A DNA stretch of 64,000 nucleotides, from the IMG/VR virus record IMGVR_UViG_3300027631_002653, positions 11,071 through 75,070 of that record. One strand, written 5' to 3'. A program made the position numbers and the translations under genes. The first letter of the stretch is position 1; each line of letters opens with the position of its first letter. The notes under the pieces were generated by a model. The model was not told the DNA's origin. It did not search any database and was given only the letters and a program-made list of their open reading frames with translations. The stretch is from a virus. Positions 60,258-64,000 of this stretch are shown piece by piece.

Positions 60258-60791
60258 ATGAATAATTTGTTAGAAAAAATGAACACTAAAATCTCAAATG
60301 ATTTAGAAGTTCCAAAATTAAAAATTACATATAAGATATCTGAAAAAGCAAAATCCAAATTTGGACATTGTCGTTACATAGAACCAGGTCATTATTTAAT
60401 AAATTTATCTTCTTTTATATTAGATACTGAGTTAGAGAAAGATACTATATGTCATGAACTTTGTCATGCTTATGATCATCATTATTTTAAATCATTACCA
60501 AAGAATAATGATCCTGCTCCTCATGGAATTGCTTGGAAGATGCTAATGAATGAAGTTTTTGGTTATGTTGATGTAAAAGCTCAAGGTATTCACCAATCAA
60601 ATCCTAAATCAAATGAGTTAATAAAAGTTGGTGAAGGTATGTTTGATCTTTATATTGAAGGTAATAAAAAAGCTATGTTTAAAATTTCAGATAATATGGT
60701 TGATATAAGAACTCCTCAAAATAAATTCTTTGATAATATTTTAGAGGAAGAAAAATATATGACTATGTTTATTAATCTTTATAAGAAATAA
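60258..60791 (+). CDS. SprT-like zinc metalloprotease
   Basis: HELCH and PHGIAWK. Confidence 0.85.
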   Translation: MNNLLEKMNTKISNDLEVPKLKITYKISEKAKSKFGHCRYIEPGHYLINLSSFILDTELEKDTICHELCHAYDHHYFKSLPKNNDPAPHGIAWKMLMNEVFGYVDVKAQGIHQSNPKSNELIKVGEGMFDLYIEGNKKAMFKISDNMVDIRTPQNKFFDNILEEEKYMTMFINLYKK

Positions 60792-60795
60792 TATT

Positions 60796-61020
60796 ATGAC
60801 ACAGAGTGATTTGGTTGATGTAATGCAAGAGCGTTTAGAGTGGTGTGTTGAAACAGAACGTTATGAAATGGCTGCTAAATTAAGAGATTTAATTAAGTAT
60901 GAAACAACTGATGATGAAGAATATAAACATCAATACTATCTAGAGTTACTTAAAAAATACGCTCCCGAAACTCCAGAGTTTTACAAACGAATGAAAGAAA
61001 AATATAATATTGAAGATTAA
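60796..61020 (+). CDS. UVR-motif protein
   Basis: ERYEMAAKLRD. Confidence 0.65.
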   Translation: MTQSDLVDVMQERLEWCVETERYEMAAKLRDLIKYETTDDEEYKHQYYLELLKKYAPETPEFYKRMKEKYNIED

Positions 61021-61028
61021 AAAATAAA

Positions 61029-61058
61029 TTTGGAAAATCAAAATAAATTTCGTATATT
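61029..61058 (+). promoter_or_regulatory. phage promoter
   Basis: TTTGG-N17-CGTATATT. Confidence 0.8.
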
Positions 61059-61064
61059 CACATC

Positions 61065-61850
61065 ATGAGAAAAAATTTAAATTTTATCCCACTTAACAAC
61101 AACATCGACAAACTATCTGCCTTTATTCCTTCATTGGATTCAGGTTGGAGAGCTAATCAACGTATTGATTCAAAACCATTTATGGTTGAATCACTAGATG
61201 CTATTCGTGAGTTTCAACGTCAAGGTTGGAATATTACTGGTGCGCTAGAAAACAGAGGTAAAAATCGTAAAATTGATAACCATTTTATTAAAATGGAACA
61301 TCCTGATTTTACAATGCTTAATAAAAAAGGTCAAACCGAAGCTGTTGCTACTATGAATATTCAAAATAGTTGTAATGGTTCTAAACCTATGGAATTAGAT
61401 TTAGGTGTTTATCGTTTGGTTTGTTCTAATGGTATGGTTGCTCATACATCTTATAGTAATGCTAAAGTACCACATAGTGAAAAAGGTCAATATTCACTAC
61501 AAGAAATTCTTTGTGATTTAGGTATTCGTACACAAGGTGTAATGGATGAATTTAATAAATTAAAAGATAGTAATTTGACACCTAAGCAAGCTATAGCTAT
61601 GGCTACAGAAGCAGCAACACTTCGTTTTGGTAAAGACCATAATATAAACGTTGAACAATTGCTTAACGTAGTTCGTAATGAAGATGAAGGTGATGACGTA
61701 TGGACAGTATTTAACCGCATACAAGAAAATTTAACACAGCCACATCGTATTACTGATGATAATGGTAGAATGATGAGTGGTGTTATTGGTGCTAGTGAAG
61801 ATACACGTATTAATAAGGAATTATTTCAATTAGCACACGCCTACGCTTAA
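61065..61850 (+). CDS. DUF932/DUF945-family protein (second paralog)
   Basis: NSCNGS, GVYRLVCSNGMV, VWTVFNRIQENL. Confidence 0.85.
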   Translation: MRKNLNFIPLNNNIDKLSAFIPSLDSGWRANQRIDSKPFMVESLDAIREFQRQGWNITGALENRGKNRKIDNHFIKMEHPDFTMLNKKGQTEAVATMNIQNSCNGSKPMELDLGVYRLVCSNGMVAHTSYSNAKVPHSEKGQYSLQEILCDLGIRTQGVMDEFNKLKDSNLTPKQAIAMATEAATLRFGKDHNINVEQLLNVVRNEDEGDDVWTVFNRIQENLTQPHRITDDNGRMMSGVIGASEDTRINKELFQLAHAYA

Positions 61851-61861
61851 AAATAATTTAT

Positions 61862-61892
61862 GAACAAGGGTTGGATTTGTCAACTCTTGTTC
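61862..61892 (+). terminator. hairpin spanning a promoter spacer
   Basis: GAACAAGGGTTGG / TCAACTCTTGTTC stem with G-U pairs. Confidence 0.55.
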
Positions 61893-61899
61893 GTATATT
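61870..61899 (+). promoter_or_regulatory. phage promoter within hairpin
   Basis: GTTGG-N17-CGTATATT. Confidence 0.75.
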
Positions 61900-61930
61900 C
61901 ACCGCATAATAATAAATAAAAATAAAGGTT

Positions 61931-62242
61931 ATGATTAAAATGTGTATTAAAGCAGTAGAAAATTTGGTTGCCGAATTTAATGCTGGTCAAATTTCAGAAG
62001 AAAATTTTTACAAAGCTCTCCAAAACACTGCTAACATGGGTTTGGATAATATCCGTCAACATAAAATTTGGAATGCTAAAGATGAACTTCGTCCTGGTGA
62101 TATGGTTTTTGTTGATCATAAAAAAGTAGCTGGTCGTAAATTTCGAGTTAAGGAAATTAAACGTGTAAAAGTAATCGTTGTCAATCCTGATAACGAGCGT
62201 GAAAGTTTTATTATTCCCCTTAGTTTAGTTAAAAAAGCCTAA
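61931..62242 (+). CDS. hypothetical protein (KOW/SH3-like C-terminus)
   Basis: LRPGDMVFV...FRVKEIKRVK. Confidence 0.65.
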   Translation: MIKMCIKAVENLVAEFNAGQISEENFYKALQNTANMGLDNIRQHKIWNAKDELRPGDMVFVDHKKVAGRKFRVKEIKRVKVIVVNPDNERESFIIPLSLVKKA

Positions 62243-62244
62243 TT

Positions 62245-62439
62245 ATGAGTTTTAAACAATCCATCCTCACAGCAATTGAAGAAAATCAAAATGAGATGAT
62301 TATACCCTCTCGAGAATATACTAGTAAAGAAATTACATGGATGAGTGGTTATACCCAAGCACTAAAAGATATGATTGAAGATTATGATAACGATATTGAA
62401 GATGCTATTAAAAAATCTGTTGATTTTTCATTAAACTAA
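62245..62439 (+). CDS. hypothetical protein
   Basis: ORF track. Confidence 0.6.
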   Translation: MSFKQSILTAIEENQNEMIIPSREYTSKEITWMSGYTQALKDMIEDYDNDIEDAIKKSVDFSLN

Positions 62440-62469
62440 TTTGGTTATTTAACATTTATATATTATATT
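62440..62469 (+). promoter_or_regulatory. phage promoter (variant)
   Basis: TTTGG-N17-ATTATATT. Confidence 0.6.
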
Positions 62470-62475
62470 CACGCT

Positions 62476-62721
62476 ATGAGTTACGAAGAAAAAATTAAAA
62501 TGGATGCTCAAGACATTGAAAACGCTATGGTTGCAGGAATGTGGGCACGAGCAGATGAAGAAGCTGCTTATAATGATGCCTGTGAAAAAGTTTTAGTTAA
62601 AGCCGATAAACATGGTTTACAATTAGAGGTTGTTATGGCTGCTTTTAAACATAAAACACAATTTCCAGATGCTCCAATATTGCAATGTTTGCAAGTTGGT
62701 GCTGATGAATGGGATGTGTAA
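62476..62721 (+). CDS. hypothetical protein, probably leaderless
   Basis: ATG at predicted +1. Confidence 0.65.
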   Translation: MSYEEKIKMDAQDIENAMVAGMWARADEEAAYNDACEKVLVKADKHGLQLEVVMAAFKHKTQFPDAPILQCLQVGADEWDV

Positions 62722-62727
62722 CAATAT

Positions 62728-62813
62728 GCTACTGTGGTGAAATAGGTAGACACGAGGGACTTAAAATCCCTTGATCAGTGATGGTCGTGCCGGTTCGATT
62801 CCGGCCAGTAGTA
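62728..62813 (+). tRNA. tRNA-Leu(TAA)
   Basis: Cloverleaf with long variable arm; anticodon loop CTTAAAA. Confidence 0.92.
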
Positions 62814-62848
62814 CTAAAACGTTCTTTAACATGTTGTAAACTTAACAC

Positions 62849-62922
62849 ATCTCCGTAGCTCAGATGGATAGAGCAACGCACTTCTAATGCGTAGGTCATG
62901 TGTTCGAGTCACATCGGGGATA
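62849..62922 (+). tRNA. tRNA-Arg(TCT)
   Basis: Cloverleaf; anticodon loop CTTCTAA. Confidence 0.92.
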
Positions 62923-62928
62923 CAAAAC

Positions 62929-63002
62929 GGACCTTTAGCTCAATTGGTTAGAGCAACTGACTCATAATCAGTAGGTCGGTGGTTCGATTCCATCAAGGTC
63001 CA
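62929..63002 (+). tRNA. tRNA-CAT, probably Ile2 (lysidine type)
   Basis: GGACCTT/AAGGTCC acceptor with C4-G69 and C5-G68; loop CTCATAA. Confidence 0.85.
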
Positions 63003-63019
63003 CAGAATTTTTATTTTAA

Positions 63020-63049
63020 TTTGGATATTAAAAAAAAAGTTCGTATATT
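63020..63049 (+). promoter_or_regulatory. phage promoter
   Basis: TTTGG-N17-CGTATATT. Confidence 0.8.
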
Positions 63050-63084
63050 TATATATAATTAAAAACAAAAACAAAAACAAAAAA

Positions 63085-63240
63085 ATGAAAAAAGTAATTT
63101 TCGCAATCGCAATCGTAGCTGCTGCTACATTTACAGCTTGTTCAAACAACGCTGAAACTTCAACTGCTGATTCAACTGCTGTTGATTCTACTGTAGTTGA
63201 TTCTACTTCTTTGTCAGTTGACACAGTTGTAGCTCAGTAA
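63085..63240 (+). CDS. small lipoprotein with repeated D-S-T motifs
   Basis: Hand-translated MKKVIFAIAIVAAATFTA-CSNNAETSTADSTAVDSTVVDSTSLSVDTVVAQ; own promoter at 63020. Confidence 0.8.
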   Translation: MKKVIFAIAIVAAATFTACSNNAETSTADSTAVDSTVVDSTSLSVDTVVAQ

Positions 63241-63252
63241 TTAAGTTTACAA

Positions 63253-63325
63253 GCCCCCTTAGCTCAGTTGGTAGAGCTTCTGATTTGTAATCAGATGGTC
63301 GGCGGTTCGAGTCCGTCAGGTGGCT
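63253..63325 (+). tRNA. tRNA-Thr(TGT)
   Basis: Cloverleaf; loop TTTGTAA; one acceptor mismatch. Confidence 0.88.
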
Positions 63326-63329
63326 CAAA

Positions 63330-63424
63330 GGTGGTAGTTAGACGAAAATGAAATTCCTGCTGTGATGTTAACTTAATCAGCATATTCAGAAGTAGAAATG
63401 AATAACCGCAAGTTATTCACCACC
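63330..63424 (+). ncRNA. candidate structured RNA
   Basis: Closing stem GGTGGT/ACCACC plus internal stems. Confidence 0.35.
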
Positions 63425-63430
63425 CTATAT

Positions 63431-63501
63431 GGTGGATTGGTGTAATGGTAACACATTGGGCTCATAACCCAAAGTTGGCAGTTCGAGTCTGTCGTCCGCA
63501 A
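63431..63501 (+). tRNA. initiator tRNA-fMet(CAT)
   Basis: 1:72 mismatch and GGG/CCC in the anticodon stem. Confidence 0.85.
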
Positions 63502-63508
63502 CAAAAGT

Positions 63509-63630
63509 ACCACGAAGCATACCGTAAGATCTGCTCACTGCAGTGGTCTTCGAGTTAACATGAATAGCCCAAGGCATAAGTGTTAGTAACCCCTAGTAAG
63601 ACTATCTGATCAATAAATACTGCTAGGGTT
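63509..63630 (+). ncRNA. candidate structured RNA (three hairpins)
   Basis: ACCAC/GTGGT, TAACA/TGTTA and CCCTAGTA/TGCTAGGG stems. Confidence 0.35.
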
Positions 63631-63634
63631 TTTT

Positions 63635-63719
63635 GGAAGAATGGCAGAGTGGTCGATCGCGGCAGTCTTGAAAACTGTTGTACTGTAAGGTACCGTAGGT
63701 TCGAATCCTACATCTTCCG
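63635..63719 (+). tRNA. tRNA-Ser(TGA)
   Basis: Long variable arm; G73; loop CTTGAAA. Confidence 0.92.
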
Positions 63720-63735
63720 CACCTTAATACCAATT

Positions 63736-63826
63736 CAGGTTCGTGAACAAGGGAGGCCTGTTCTTCTAGTGCAAGAAAGAAATCACATTAAATCTCCCCA
63801 TGCTAGGTGGCAGTGGTGACCTAGCA
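63736..63826 (+). ncRNA. candidate pseudoknotted RNA
   Basis: CAGGT/GCCTG stem whose loop GTGA and GGGAG match downstream TCAC and CTCCC. Confidence 0.4.
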
Positions 63827-63830
63827 AAAT

Positions 63831-63901
63831 TACCTCCTCGTCTAATGGCAGGACAACTGGTTTTGGTCCAGTTAATCGAGGTTCAAATCCTTGGGAGGTA
63901 A
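63831..63901 (+). tRNA. tRNA-Gln(TTG)
   Basis: TACCTCC/GGAGGTA acceptor; loop TTTTGGT. Confidence 0.9.
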
Positions 63902-63912
63902 CTAAAATTTAG

Positions 63913-63942
63913 TTTGGTTTATTAAAATAAAATTATTATATT
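63913..63942 (+). promoter_or_regulatory. phage promoter (variant)
   Basis: TTTGG-N17-ATTATATT. Confidence 0.6.
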
Positions 63943-63948
63943 AACGTT

Positions 63949-64000
63949 ATGAATTTGACAAAAGCACTTAAACACAAGAAGAAACTTGTAAAGCAATCCG
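63949..64000 (+). CDS. start of an ORF running off the window
   Basis: ATG at predicted +1 of promoter 63913; MNLTKALKHKKKLVKQS. Confidence 0.55.
   Translation, partial: MNLTKALKHKKKLVKQS

Noticed and set aside
44171-63049. Repeated motif as CRISPR repeats or integron attC sites
   Set aside because: Irregular spacing with whole genes between copies, fixed two-box promoter geometry, no integrase and no attC-like symmetry
63326-63830. Assignment of tRNA spacers to hammerhead, pistol, HDV/theta ribozymes or a preQ1 riboswitch
   Set aside because: Could not place the required conserved cores or topology by eye; left as unassigned candidates

Overview
AT-rich, gene-dense, all plus-strand segment of a large T4-like/jumbo dsDNA phage genome; the host is most likely Bacteroidota, judged from TTTG-N20-TA promoters, absence of Shine-Dalgarno sites, a T9SS-like sorting tail and D-S/T glycosylation motifs. 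From left to right: a 7-deazaguanine (preQ0) cluster (queC, queD, queE, folE) with hpt, a MazG-like pyrophosphatase and a secreted nuclease; replication genes (family B polymerase, sliding clamp, clamp loader) and groES/groEL; a ~10 kb glycosyl-/methyltransferase island; GH73 hydrolase, HldE kinase and putative internal head proteins; carbamoyltransferase, 2OG-Fe(II) oxygenase, peroxiredoxin, iscU/iscA and ferredoxin; a long region of small hypothetical genes behind ~25 copies of one promoter (TTTGG-N17-CGTATATT); a structured non-coding block near 56.1-56.5 kb; and seven tRNA genes interleaved with structured spacers and a small lipoprotein. Strongest leads: five 19-bp Fur-box-like palindromes upstream of phage promoters in a genome rich in iron/Fe-S genes; a phage-encoded T9SS-like cargo protein and an O-glycosylation-motif lipoprotein; a leadered/leaderless ATA/ATG switch at the promoter +1; a possible PRTase-based deazaguanine route; dispersed ADP-heptose/heptosyltransferase-like genes; and candidate ncRNAs in the tRNA array. 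All assignments come from motif recognition by eye; no database searches were run.
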